Source: Minisyncoccia bacterium | Lineage (GTDB): Bacteria > Patescibacteriota > Minisyncoccia > Phycocordibacterales > Phycocordibacteraceae | Direction of reading: 5' to 3' | Assembly (NCBI GenBank): GCA_038212075.1 | Contig: JBBQUV010000002.1 | Location: 73,343 to 133,222 of the forward strand | DNA: 59,880 nucleotides | Part shown: one piece after another, positions 7,643 to 16,664 of the stretch | Numbering within the stretch: position 1 is the stretch's first letter | How the letters are laid out: each line of letters starts with the position of its first letter | The notes under the pieces: model-generated | The model's input: the letters and a program-made list of their open reading frames with translations, nothing else | Database searches by the model: none | Told to the model about the DNA's origin: nothing | Program-made: the position numbers and the translations under genes

Positions 7643-8539
7643 CTATCTATCGCGACCGTGGAATTTTTTATGGATTTCGCGAAGATGAGAGTCGGTAACA
7701 TGTGTGTAAATTTGCGTGGTGTTAATGGATGCATGGCCAAGGAGTTGCTGTACGGAGCGAATGTCGGCACCGTTTGAAAGCAAATCCGTTGCAAATGAGT
7801 GACGGAGAACGTGGGGGGTAACTTTTTTCGTGATACCGGCCTTGGCGGCGTACACTTTTATAATTCGTTCAATGGAACGTGGGGTGATGCGCTCACCCCG
7901 CTCGCGTCCCTTCGCAATATTTACAAAAAGTCCTTCGCCCATGTCTTTACGCGTTTTCAAATAGCCAGAGACCGCCGATTTTGCGGTGGGGGACAGAAAC
8001 ACCACACGTACTTTATCGCCCTTACCACGCACCGAGAGTTCGTCGCGGGTAAGATCCATATCGGAATCAAGTGCACAGAGTTCTGAAACACGCAGGCCGG
8101 TGGAAAAAAGAAGTTCAAACATTGCACGGTCACGCATGGATTTTTCATCGTCGCCGTCGGCCGCTTTCATTAAGCGGTTCAGTTCCGTCGGAGTGATGAG
8201 GTCAAGTGAGCGCTCAGGAAGCTTCGCCAGTTCAATGCGTTCGGGAGAAATGCATTCAATACCGCGTTTACGGAGAAATTTTAGGTACGCGCGAAGCGCG
8301 ATAAGGTAGTAGTTTTGCGTACGGCGCTTCATTGAGCCGTTCATGGTGCCCGGTTGGCGATTCAACCACAGTCGGAATTCGCGGATATTTTCTTCAGTGA
8401 TGTCTGCAACCGATGCAATCTTCATTTGTGTAAAGTAGCGGGTGAGGTATCGATCGTAGTTCTCAATCGTCTTCACCGAGCGCCCGCGCTCAATTTCTAT
8501 GTATTCCAGAAACTGTCGCTTCATTGTTTCCGCGTTCAT
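7643..8539 (-). CDS. tyrosine site-specific recombinase, XerC/XerD-like
   Basis: 298 aa. N-terminal SAM-like domain (FLEYIEIERGRSVKTIENYDRYL) and C-terminal HVLRHSFATDLLSNGADIRSVQQLLGHASINTTQIYTHV (R..HxxR..Y catalytic set). Confidence 0.85.
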   Translation of the reverse strand: MNAETMKRQFLEYIEIERGRSVKTIENYDRYLTRYFTQMKIASVADITEENIREFRLWLNRQPGTMNGSMKRRTQNYYLIALRAYLKFLRKRGIECISPERIELAKLPERSLDLITPTELNRLMKAADGDDEKSMRDRAMFELLFSTGLRVSELCALDSDMDLTRDELSVRGKGDKVRVVFLSPTAKSAVSGYLKTRKDMGEGLFVNIAKGRERGERITPRSIERIIKVYAAKAGITKKVTPHVLRHSFATDLLSNGADIRSVQQLLGHASINTTQIYTHVTDSHLREIHKKFHGRDR

Positions 8540-8608
8540 GTGCCAATTTTACCACCATAACGTCGCACATTATTCACTTCGTCAGCAGGTAATCGGACCG
8601 CACCACTC

Positions 8609-8637
8609 TTGCAAGAATAATCAAGGTGTGGTAGAGT
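8609..8637 (+). promoter_or_regulatory. candidate promoter for rpsO, giving a near-leaderless transcript
   Basis: TTGCAA (8609..8614), 17 nt, TAGAGT (8632..8637) preceded by TGG (extended -10). The ATG at 8647 is 9 nt after the -10 and has no SD. Confidence 0.4.
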
Positions 8638-8646
8638 ACGTGGCAC

Positions 8647-8913
8647 ATGCTTACTACGAAGAAAAAGGCGACGGTCATTAAAGCTACTGCACGTCACGAG
8701 AAAGATACGGGTTCTCCCGAAGTTCAGGTTGCCGTTTTGTCACGTCGCATCGACGATCTTACGAAGCACCTCAAGAAAAATACGAAGGATGTTCACTCCC
8801 GTCGTGGACTTCTTCAGATGGTTGCTGATCGTCGCTCCCATCTTCGCTACCTTGAGAACAACGACAAGCGCCGCTATAACGCGCTTGTGAAGAAACTCGG
8901 TTTGAAGAAGTAA
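8647..8913 (+). CDS. rpsO: 30S ribosomal protein S15
   Basis: 88 aa. DTGSPEVQVAVLSRRIDDLTKHLKKNTKDVHSRRGLLQMV is the S15 signature. Confidence 0.95.
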   Translation: MLTTKKKATVIKATARHEKDTGSPEVQVAVLSRRIDDLTKHLKKNTKDVHSRRGLLQMVADRRSHLRYLENNDKRRYNALVKKLGLKK

Positions 8914-8915
8914 GA

Positions 8916-8946
8916 CATGGCCGGCTTCGCCGGCCATGCGCTTTTC
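8916..8946 (+). terminator. intrinsic terminator after rpsO
   Basis: catggccgg-cttcg-ccggccatg followed by cgctttt. Confidence 0.6.
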
Positions 8947-9009
8947 AGGGTGGTAGTATGTATGGGTAGCCTCCGCTACGTTTTTAATAAGTATTTCTAA
9001 TTTATTTTT

Positions 9010-9525
9010 ATGGCAGTAATCAAACATTCAGCGCAACGCGTTGGAGTATTTATAGACACACAGAATCTCTATCACAGCGCAAAACACCTTTATAAGACTC
9101 GCGTAAACTTCGCCAACGTACTTGAAGAAGCCGTAGGGAATCGCATTCTCGTGCGTGCAATCGCCTACGTTATTTCTACGGAAAGTGGGGAAGAGAAGGG
9201 CTTTTTCGACGCCCTTACCAAAATCGGCATCGAAACCAAAGTGAAAGATCTTCAAATCTTCGCCGATGGTGCAAAAAAAGCTGACTGGGACGTTGGGCTC
9301 GCAATTGATGCGGTGAAAATGTCACCAAAGCTCGATACCATCATCATTGCCTCAGGCGACGGTGACTATGTTCCACTCATTGAATATCTTGATATGAACG
9401 AAGGATGCCAAGTGGAAGTTATTTCCTTTGGTAAGTCTTCTTCGGCAAAACTCAAAGAAGCGGCGCACGCCTTCACTGATATGTGTGAAGACCCGCGCAA
9501 GTTTCTTATCGGCTATCGCGGGTAA
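9010..9525 (+). CDS. NYN-domain (LabA/DUF88-like) protein
   Basis: 171 aa. VGVFIDTQNLYHSAK...IIIASGDGDYVPLIEYL matches the LabA-like PIN/NYN pattern. Confidence 0.7.
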   Translation: MAVIKHSAQRVGVFIDTQNLYHSAKHLYKTRVNFANVLEEAVGNRILVRAIAYVISTESGEEKGFFDALTKIGIETKVKDLQIFADGAKKADWDVGLAIDAVKMSPKLDTIIIASGDGDYVPLIEYLDMNEGCQVEVISFGKSSSAKLKEAAHAFTDMCEDPRKFLIGYRG

Positions 9526-9534
9526 GGACACTGC

Positions 9535-9576
9535 GTGCACGAAAAACGGCGGGATATCCCGCCGTTTTTCGTGCAC
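9535..9576. terminator. long perfect-palindrome bidirectional terminator
   Basis: gtgcacgaaaaacggcggga-ta-tcccgccgtttttcgtgcac (20-bp arms). Confidence 0.6.
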
Positions 9577-9629
9577 TGACAAGTGCTTTTGTTTGTGGTA
9601 CAGAGTAGGTAGGCACAGAGGGCAGGTGA

Positions 9630-9896
9630 ATGGAAAAAGAATATCGTGTTGTTTTGCGAAAGGGCGATAAGGCGGTCATGTCAGCGACGTTTCCGAATCG
9701 TTGAAAGTTCAAGCGGTGGTTTACTCGCAATGGTGACGATTTCGAAATCGTTGAAAAAGGGGTGACACGGGAGCGTGCTAAGGCGCTTCTCTCGCGCGAA
9801 CGGAACATGGTAAACAAAAAAGGAACAGGCGGCATTGTCGTGCTTGGAAGCCCGACACCACGTAACCGTGATCACCGCTGGTTTGACGGTACGTAG
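9630..9896 (+). pseudogene. 88-codon ORF interrupted by one in-frame TGA at codon 25 (pseudogene, readthrough, or two peptides)
   Basis: Hand translation: MEKEYRVVLRKGDKAVMSATFPNR-TGA-KFKRWFTRNGDDFEIVEKGVTRERAKALLSRERNMVNKKGTGGIVVLGSPTPRNRDHRWFDGT-TAG. GAGGG/AGGTG lies upstream of the ATG. Confidence 0.3.
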
Positions 9897-10026
9897 ACTT
9901 TCGCCAAGTAATGGTGCGCAAAAGGGGAGGCTTCGCGTCTCCCTTTGCTGTACTTGAACTTTCTTTCAAGGGGAGTAGGGTGGTTTGATACCGAACCGAT
10001 GAACGGTTTGGTACAAGGAGGACACT

Positions 10027-10167
10027 ATGTCATCTCGCACATTCAAAAGTGGCGCAGCAAGTTCCGCGAAGCCGGACCCGATCTGGAACGGCAAAACACT
10101 TCTGCTCGCCATCGTCGTCGTTGGGTTTTTGGTGCCAAAGTTCTGGCACTTCCTCGGCGTCGGCTGA
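10027..10167 (+). CDS. small membrane protein (46 aa)
   Basis: AAGGAGG lies 6 nt upstream of the ATG. Product MSSRTFKSGAASSAKPDPIWNGKTLLLAIVVVGFLVPKFWHFLGVG has one TM helix. Terminator at 10209..10232. Confidence 0.5.
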   Translation: MSSRTFKSGAASSAKPDPIWNGKTLLLAIVVVGFLVPKFWHFLGVG

Positions 10168-10253
10168 TCAGCAGTCTGCCTGACTCTTTGGGGTCGGGTT
10201 CAGTGGAGGGGCGACAAGCTTGCTTGTCGCCCATTTCCTTTGGACACCCCTAT

Positions 10254-10282
10254 TTGCAATTATCCTCGCATTTATATATAGT
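10254..10282 (+). promoter_or_regulatory. candidate promoter of the rpsL-rpsG unit
   Basis: TTGCAA (10254..10259), 17 nt, TATAGT (10277..10282). Followed by hairpin gaccc-acgc-gggtc (10289..10302) and a T-rich tract up to the ATG. Confidence 0.5.
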
Positions 10283-10314
10283 GCTTTTGACCCACGCGGG
10301 TCTTCTTTTTCTAA

Positions 10315-10722
10315 ATGTCTACCATCAATCAGCTCACCAAGAAGCGCCGCAAAGATAAATCGAGGAAGACGAAAGTCCTCGCTCTTGGCCGTGGCTTCAA
10401 TGCGCTTGAGAACCACCCTACGTACTACCCATCGCCCTTCAAGCGTGGTGTATGTACCAAGGTAACGACAAAGACTCCCCGCAAACCAAACTCCGCTATT
10501 CGTAAGATTGCTCGTGTTCGCCTCACAAACGGTATGGAAGTAACCGCCTACATCCCCGGTGAAGGCCACAACCTTCAGGAACACTCTGTGGTGCTTCTTC
10601 GCGGTGGCCGCGTGAAGGACATTGGCGTTCAGTACACCATTGTTCGCGGAAAGCTGGACACAGCAGGTCTTGAGAAGCGCCGCAAGGGACGTTCTCGATA
10701 CGGTGCTAAGAAACCTAAATAA
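10315..10722 (+). CDS. rpsL: 30S ribosomal protein S12
   Basis: 135 aa. PTINQL...[31 protein letters not shown] is the S12 signature. Confidence 0.97.
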   Translation: MSTINQLTKKRRKDKSRKTKVLALGRGFNALENHPTYYPSPFKRGVCTKVTTKTPRKPNSAIRKIARVRLTNGMEVTAYIPGEGHNLQEHSVVLLRGGRVKDIGVQYTIVRGKLDTAGLEKRRKGRSRYGAKKPK

Positions 10723-10724
10723 TC

Positions 10725-11189
10725 ATGCGACGCCCTCTTAAAAAACAGCGCACCTGGCGCCCCGACCTCAAATACGGTTCGGAGACACTTACTCGTTTTA
10801 CAAACGCCGTCATGTGGGACGGAAAGAAAGATACTGCTCGTAAAGTGGTGTACGCCGCTCTTGATAAGGTAAAGGAATCCGGTGTTGATCCGCTTGAAAC
10901 GTTTGATACAGCAATTCGCAACGTGGCTCCCTTGATGGAAGTTCGTTCTCGCCGCGTTGGTGGTGCAAACTATCAGGTTCCTCGTGAAGTTCCACAGGCA
11001 CGTCGCCTTGCGCTTGCGTTCCGCTGGATTATTACCGGCGCTCGCAATGTGAAGGGAAAGCCTATGGCCGAAAAGCTTGCCGCTGAACTTCTCCTCGCCG
11101 CAAAGAATGAAGGCAACGCCATTAAGAAGAAAGACGATATGCACCGCATGGCAGAATCGAACAAAGCATTCGCCCACTTCGCGTGGTAA
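10725..11189 (+). CDS. rpsG: 30S ribosomal protein S7
   Basis: 154 aa. VEVRSRRVGGANYQVP...ESNKAFAHFAW is the S7 signature. Follows rpsL by 2 nt. Confidence 0.97.
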   Translation: MRRPLKKQRTWRPDLKYGSETLTRFTNAVMWDGKKDTARKVVYAALDKVKESGVDPLETFDTAIRNVAPLMEVRSRRVGGANYQVPREVPQARRLALAFRWIITGARNVKGKPMAEKLAAELLLAAKNEGNAIKKKDDMHRMAESNKAFAHFAW

Positions 11190-11205
11190 TTTTAAAACCT
11201 CGTAC

Positions 11206-11229
11206 AAAACCGCCCGAAAGGGCGGTTTT
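11206..11229. terminator. terminator hairpin aaaaccgccc-gaaa-gggcggtttt (copy 1 of 3 identical)
   Basis: Perfect 6-bp GC stem with GAAA loop, flanked by A4/T4. Identical at 17053..17076 and 18409..18432. Confidence 0.7.
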
Positions 11230-11397
11230 GTGTTACTGTCTGCATGGTTGTTCATTTGCGTTGCTTCATGCGACGCCCATCTGTGCCCGGTACCGGAAGG
11301 TTAAGAGGAGGTTACCTACGCTTCAGAGGTGTATGTGCCAAATCAGGAACCCTGGTAAACGGCGACCGTAACTATAACGGTCCTATAATGAACAACC

Positions 11398-11427
11398 CCC
11401 GGCCGCGCGCATTTGCGGCCGGGTTTT
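11398..11427 (+). terminator. intrinsic terminator ending a roughly 200-nt unit with no convincing ORF
   Basis: cccggccgc-gcgcattt-gcggccggg followed by tttt. Confidence 0.5.
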
Positions 11428-11511
11428 CATTTCCTATATTGTTGGGGATTACCCACCAAATAATTTCTAGCGGGCGTAGGATGGTGCTCAGGTGATCTTG
11501 GAGCACGTGCC

Positions 11512-11703
11512 ATGAAAATGATTGGCGTTCTGCTCGGTGTTATTGCCTTTGCCATGACCGCGTTTATTGTGATTGCCTTCACGTTTCGGATTGGTGGCCC
11601 GGCCGCTTCCGACCTGCTGAAGGTTGTCACGTGGTGCGCCGTAGGCGTTTTTGCTCTTGCGAAAGCGCTTATGTGGTATTCGGACAAAAAACATCTGGGC
11701 TAA
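11512..11703 (+). CDS. small membrane protein (63 aa, two TM helices)
   Basis: MKMIGVLLGVIAFAMTAFIVIAFTF...VVTWCAVGVFALAKALMWY. GGAG upstream; hairpin plus T-run after the stop. Confidence 0.45.
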   Translation: MKMIGVLLGVIAFAMTAFIVIAFTFRIGGPAASDLLKVVTWCAVGVFALAKALMWYSDKKHLG

Positions 11704-11791
11704 AATCGGTCACACGAATACGTGGCCGATTTTGCTTTTCGTTAGTTTCGAGATGGTAGGATTGATAGGCACTTAAAAATAAGTCACATCC

Positions 11792-12061
11792 ATGTCTTCA
11801 GAAGAAATAAAATCAGAGGAGGGAGGTATTGAGACACGCCCGATTCTCATGAATAGCCATGAGTTTGACGTCCTCTCTACAGGCCTCTCACCCATCGATA
11901 ATCCTGAGCGATTGGCTGTCATGAAAGCATACGGCGTAGAGTTTAACTCTGGCTTTGCAAAACTAAAGGTTGAGGGAGAAGTGAAATGGATCAACACCGA
12001 TAAAGAAGATTTTGGAACTGTCCTTACTCCTGAAACGGTCGCAGAGCGCGGACTAAAATAA
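11792..12061 (+). CDS. hypothetical protein (89 aa)
   Basis: ORF followed directly by the terminator at 12071..12098. No recognisable family. Confidence 0.45.
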   Translation: MSSEEIKSEEGGIETRPILMNSHEFDVLSTGLSPIDNPERLAVMKAYGVEFNSGFAKLKVEGEVKWINTDKEDFGTVLTPETVAERGLK

Positions 12062-12070
12062 AAAGAACAA

Positions 12071-12102
12071 GCAAAACGCCCCGTACGGGGCGTTTTGCTT
12101 TT
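12071..12102 (+). terminator. intrinsic terminator
   Basis: gcaaaacgcccc-gta-cggggcgttttgc followed by tttt. Confidence 0.65.
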
Positions 12103-12159
12103 CTGGCGATTTCCGCTATATTTCAGGTAACGCCTTGGCGCTTTTATTTTTACCTATTT

Positions 12160-14307
12160 ATGAACAGAGATTATCCCCTTGATCACGTACGCAACTTCGG
12201 AATCATCGCCCACATTGACGCCGGCAAGACAACGACGTCTGAACGCGTGCTTTTCTACACTGGGTCCCAACACAAGATTGGGGAAGTGCACGAGGGGGAA
12301 ACTACCACTGACTGGATGGAGCAAGAACGCGAACGCGGCATCACTATCACTGCCGCCGCCATCACTTGTTTCTGGACACAATCAACCGAGCCAGACAAAA
12401 AAGACCCCGCAAAGAAAACTCGCTTTAACGTTATTGACACCCCAGGTCACATCGACTTCACCGTAGAAGTGAAGCGCTCCATGCGCGTGCTCGACGGCGC
12501 AGTTGTGGTATTCGACGGCGTTGCCGGAGTAGAGCCACAATCTGAAACTAACTGGCGCTATGCAGACGAAGCTGGTGTGCCACGCCTTTGTTTCATCAAC
12601 AAGCTCGATCGTACCGGCGCGTCTTTTGAACGCTCATACGCGTCTATTCTTGATCGTCTTTCAAAGAAAGCGATTCGCATGCAGATTCCCATTGGTGAAG
12701 AAGCACAGCATGAAGGCGTCGTAGACCTTCTTAAAATGAAGGCCTACTACTTTGAGGGCAATATGGGCGAGGAAGTGATTGAAAAAGAAGTTCCGGCTGA
12801 ATACGTAGAAGAAGCAAAAAAATATCGCGCACTTCTTGTTGAGCGCATTGTTGAAAACGATGACGTTGCCATGAGCGCATATTTGGAAGGCAAAGAACCA
12901 TCGGTTGAGGAATTGAAGAAAATTCTTCGCAAGGCGGTTATTGGTAATCAGATTTTTCCGGTGTTTACCGGTTCCGCGCTTAAGAACAAGGGAGTACAGC
13001 TTGTACTCGACGCTGTCGTGGAATATCTTCCTTCACCAGTTGACCTTCCCCCTGTTACTGGTATTAACCCAAAGACCGGTGAAGCCATTCAGCGTAGTGC
13101 ATCAGATGACGAGCCATTTACTGCGCTCGCATTTAAGCTCCAAGCAGACCCGTTTGTGGGCCAGCTCACCTTCTTCCGTGTCTACGCAGGTACGCTTGAA
13201 GCAGGTTCGTATTTGTACAACTCCACAACTGGCACTAAAGAACGCGTCGGCCGTATCGTACGTCTTCAAGCAGACAAGCGTGAAGAAGTGAAAAAAGTAT
13301 TTGCCGGAGAAATTGCCGCCGCGGTGGGACTCAAAGACACCAAAACATCGCACACGCTTTGTGATGAAGCGAACCCAATCATTCTTGAAACGATTAAATT
13401 TCCAGAACCAGTGGTGTCACTTCGTATTGAACCAAAAACAAAAGCTGACCAAGAGAAAATGGGTATGGCGCTCAAGAAGCTTTCTGATGAAGATCCAACC
13501 TTCCGTGTGACGAGTGATGATGAAACCGGGGAAACTATTATTTCAGGAATGGGTGAACTCCATCTTGAAATTCTCGTTGACCGCATGAAGCGCGAATTTA
13601 ACGTGGGTGCAGATGTGGGCAAACCACAAGTTGCGTATCGCGAAACAATTCTTGGAAGTGCTGACGCAGAAGGTAAGTACATCAAACAAACGGGTGGTAA
13701 AGGTCAGTACGGCCACGTGAAGATTAAGATGAAGCATCTTGAACCAATTGACCCAGAAGCCAAAGTGCCGAAGAACGTTACTCGTGAAGATCACTTTGAA
13801 TTTATTAACAACATCAAGGGAGGAGTGATTCCTCAGGAATTTATTGCGCCGGTTGAAAAAGGTCTTCGCGAATCTATGGACCGCGGAACACTTGCCGGAT
13901 TCCCTATGGTGGATGTTTCCATCGACCTCTACGACGGCTCGTACCACGATGTGGACTCGTCCGAAATCGCCTTCAAGATCGCGGCATCTATGGCCTTCAA
14001 AGAAGCCGCACTTAAATCAAAGCCGGTTATCCTTGAGCCGATTATGAAAATCGAAGTGGTGGTTCCAGAGCAGTTCATGGGTGACATCACCGGAAATCTT
14101 TCCGGAAAGCGTGGTGCTATCGACGGTATGGAAGACCGTGGCATGAACAAAGCTATTAAGGCAAAAGTACCGCTTTCAGAAATGTTCGGATACACCACAA
14201 CACTTCGCTCTATGACGGAGGGCCGCGGTTCCATGACTATGGAATTCGATCGCTATGATGTTGTTCCGGCAAACGTTGCGCAGGATATTATTGCCAGCAG
14301 GAAATAA
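12160..14307 (+). CDS. fusA: elongation factor G
   Basis: 715 aa. AHIDAGKTTTSERVL, DTPGHIDFT and NKLDR GTPase motifs plus EF-G domains IV and V. Confidence 0.97.
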   Translation: MNRDYPLDHVRNFGIIAHIDAGKTTTSERVLFYTGSQHKIGEVHEGETTTDWMEQERERGITITAAAITCFWTQSTEPDKKDPAKKTRFNVIDTPGHIDFTVEVKRSMRVLDGAVVVFDGVAGVEPQSETNWRYADEAGVPRLCFINKLDRTGASFERSYASILDRLSKKAIRMQIPIGEEAQHEGVVDLLKMKAYYFEGNMGEEVIEKEVPAEYVEEAKKYRALLVERIVENDDVAMSAYLEGKEPSVEELKKILRKAVIGNQIFPVFTGSALKNKGVQLVLDAVVEYLPSPVDLPPVTGINPKTGEAIQRSASDDEPFTALAFKLQADPFVGQLTFFRVYAGTLEAGSYLYNSTTGTKERVGRIVRLQADKREEVKKVFAGEIAAAVGLKDTKTSHTLCDEANPIILETIKFPEPVVSLRIEPKTKADQEKMGMALKKLSDEDPTFRVTSDDETGETIISGMGELHLEILVDRMKREFNVGADVGKPQVAYRETILGSADAEGKYIKQTGGKGQYGHVKIKMKHLEPIDPEAKVPKNVTREDHFEFINNIKGGVIPQEFIAPVEKGLRESMDRGTLAGFPMVDVSIDLYDGSYHDVDSSEIAFKIAASMAFKEAALKSKPVILEPIMKIEVVVPEQFMGDITGNLSGKRGAIDGMEDRGMNKAIKAKVPLSEMFGYTTTLRSMTEGRGSMTMEFDRYDVVPANVAQDIIASRK

Positions 14308-14325
14308 GTCAGTAAATTTTAATCC

Positions 14326-14355
14326 ACAATGGCCACCTGAGAAGGTGGCCATTGT
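14326..14355 (+). terminator. hairpin after fusA
   Basis: acaatggccacc-tgagaa-ggtggccattgt (12-bp stem), weak T tract. Confidence 0.5.
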
Positions 14356-14391
14356 GCTATCGTTAGAAAGTATTAGTCCTAATACTTCACC

Positions 14392-14745
14392 ATGTTTGAA
14401 AGTTTTAAACGCTCATTCACTCGCAAAGGAGAAATTACTCCACAGGATATAGATGATATGAAGCAGAATAGGGCAGGTGCGCTGTTTGCTGCAAGTGTCG
14501 GGGCTGCTGCTGTCGCTGCCATAAACCAGGCACCCGTTACCGACCTTCACCAGTCTCCCAAACAGGCTCAGGAGCAGAAGATGACGGCGCCCGAGATGCA
14601 GAGCATGCAGGAGAAGGGTCCTCAAGGAGCGACCGTAACCATTAATCCGGAAACAGGCAACGCAACGGTAACAATAAATCCGCAGCCAGAGAAGCCAGTC
14701 TCAATAGATTTGAGTGAGAAGCAGGTACCTATAGACCCGAAGTAA
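14392..14745 (+). CDS. hypothetical protein (117 aa) with one hydrophobic segment and a duplicated ATVTINP motif
   Basis: ORF bounded by hairpins at 14326..14355 and 14754..14771. No family recognised. Confidence 0.45.
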   Translation: MFESFKRSFTRKGEITPQDIDDMKQNRAGALFAASVGAAAVAAINQAPVTDLHQSPKQAQEQKMTAPEMQSMQEKGPQGATVTINPETGNATVTINPQPEKPVSIDLSEKQVPIDPK

Positions 14746-14812
14746 CAAAATCAGCCGCCCGGAAGGGCGGCTTCGTGCTAGCATTACAAGGAAGCAGACA
14801 CAGGGGAGACTG

Positions 14813-15256
14813 ATGCTTCGGGATAAAATCCTTCAGTTCCTTGTCAGTATTGGTGCCGAGATGCCGCCGGCTACGACGGACGATATAAACGCCCCAACGC
14901 CTTTCTATCTTCACATCGCCAGTGAGCGCCGTTTCTGTATGGTTGAAGCCGTTCCCGATGAATCTTCGTTCTTTGAGTTCTCGTTTTTCCTTGATGAGGA
15001 TGCCGAGGACTACATTAAGCGACTTATTCCGCATTTTCGGACCGGCCTTAACTTCTTTGGCACTCTTGGCCCGATGAATGGCCAGCTTTTCTACTGTTTT
15101 GAGCAGGCTTTTACGGAACATGACTATGAACAGCTTCTGCAACTAACCATTGCGCGAGCTGAACGAGACATGCGCCGTATTGAGTCGCGTATCCGACGCC
15201 CTGTCCCCGAAGGTGCAGAACCTTCATGGGTCGGCGTCGAGGTAGGTCATGCCTAA
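14813..15256 (+). CDS. hypothetical acidic protein (147 aa)
   Basis: AGGGGAG SD upstream and a hairpin plus T-run after the stop. Acidic and Phe-rich, possibly a YbjN/chaperone-like fold (weak impression only). Confidence 0.5.
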   Translation: MLRDKILQFLVSIGAEMPPATTDDINAPTPFYLHIASERRFCMVEAVPDESSFFEFSFFLDEDAEDYIKRLIPHFRTGLNFFGTLGPMNGQLFYCFEQAFTEHDYEQLLQLTIARAERDMRRIESRIRRPVPEGAEPSWVGVEVGHA

Positions 15257-15444
15257 AACGAGAAACCCCCACCTGCTTTCGGGCACGTGGGGGAACGTTT
15301 TACCTTTTTAAACCTTGCGCGTTTAGTAGCTGTGCGGTACATTGACCCTAACGCACCACCGCGTGTTCTTTGTCGTGCCGCGGTTGCGGGCTGTGAGTTT
15401 ATTAAACATTGCGCCCTTTGGACGCATAGACTTATTCATCTTTT

Positions 15445-16644
15445 ATGGCAGATTTTGATCGCAGCAAGCCGCACATGAACGTAGGCACCATTGGCCACGT
15501 TGACCACGGCAAGACAACCCTCACCGCAGGCATCCTCAATGTCCTCAACTTGAACTCAGGCGCTGGCTACAAAGCTCGTGTTGAAAATGTTGAGAACATC
15601 GACAACGCTCCAGAAGAAAAGGCGCGTGGTATTACCATCGCGCTTCACCACTCGGAGTACGAGACCGCAAATCGTCACTACGCGCACATCGACGCACCAG
15701 GACACGCCGACTACATTAAGAACATGATTACGGGAGCCGCTCAGATGGACGGCGCCGTACTCGTTGTTGCGGCTACTGACGGCGTGATGCCCCAGACCCG
15801 TGAACACATCCTTCTTGCAAAGCAGGTGGGACTTAAGAAGCTTATTGTCTTCCTAAACAAGGTAGACATGGTTTCGGAGCCTGAACTCATTGACCTCGTT
15901 GAAGAGGAAATCCGTGAGCTTCTTACGAAGCAAGGCTTTGACGGTGCTACCACCCCTATCATTCGCGGTTCAGGCCTCAAGGCTCTTGAAGCAAAGGATG
16001 CAGGTGATGAGTACGCCCTTAAGGTGAAGGAGCTCGTTGATACGATGGATTCGTACTTCGATATTCCTGAACGCGAAATCACCAAGCCGTTTCTTATGCC
16101 AATTGAAGACATCTTCTCAATTGAAGGACGCGGAACAGTGGTTACCGGCCGTATCGAGCGTGGCGTTGTGAAAGTTGGCGAAGAAGTCGAAATCATCGGC
16201 CTCCACCCCACAATGAAGACGACCATCACCGGTATTGAAATGTTTAACAAGCAACTTTCAGAAGGTATGGCGGGCGACAACGCCGGTATCCTTCTTCGCG
16301 GAACGAAGAAAGAAGACGTTCACCGCGGTCAGGTGCTTGCAAAGACGGGTTCGGTTACGCCGCACACCGACTTTGAAGCAGAAGTCTACATTCTTTCTAA
16401 GGATGAAGGCGGACGCCACACTCCATTCTTCACAGGCTACAAGCCGCAGTTCTACGTTCGTACGACGGACGTAACGGGTGAAGTAACGCTTCCGGAAGGA
16501 AAGGAAATGGTTATGCCAGGAGACACCGTTACCTTCAAGGTAAAGCTGGTTGCTCCAATCGCACTTGAAGACAACACACGCTTTGCAATCCGCGAGGGTG
16601 GCAAGACGGTGGGCGCGGGTGTGGTTACGAAGATCGTTGCATAA
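15445..16644 (+). CDS. tuf: elongation factor Tu
   Basis: 399 aa. [20 protein letters not shown] and NKVD motifs; full-length EF-Tu. Confidence 0.98.
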   Translation: MADFDRSKPHMNVGTIGHVDHGKTTLTAGILNVLNLNSGAGYKARVENVENIDNAPEEKARGITIALHHSEYETANRHYAHIDAPGHADYIKNMITGAAQMDGAVLVVAATDGVMPQTREHILLAKQVGLKKLIVFLNKVDMVSEPELIDLVEEEIRELLTKQGFDGATTPIIRGSGLKALEAKDAGDEYALKVKELVDTMDSYFDIPEREITKPFLMPIEDIFSIEGRGTVVTGRIERGVVKVGEEVEIIGLHPTMKTTITGIEMFNKQLSEGMAGDNAGILLRGTKKEDVHRGQVLAKTGSVTPHTDFEAEVYILSKDEGGRHTPFFTGYKPQFYVRTTDVTGEVTLPEGKEMVMPGDTVTFKVKLVAPIALEDNTRFAIREGGKTVGAGVVTKIVA

Positions 16645-16664
16645 GCCAAAAGACATTTACTTGT

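Noticed and set aside
7643-8539. The Xer-like recombinase as the integrase of the xth/TrmB/desaturase region or of the tRNA-linked elements
   Set aside because: No flanking att-like repeats tie it to those features, and its architecture is equally consistent with housekeeping XerC/XerD. The question is left open, with no claim made.
10168-11255. Antisense ORFs over rpsL and rpsG (10168..10584 -, 10629..11255 -), and similar antisense ORFs over fusA, tuf, ftsH, secY and others
   Set aside because: They lie opposite unambiguous, highly conserved genes.
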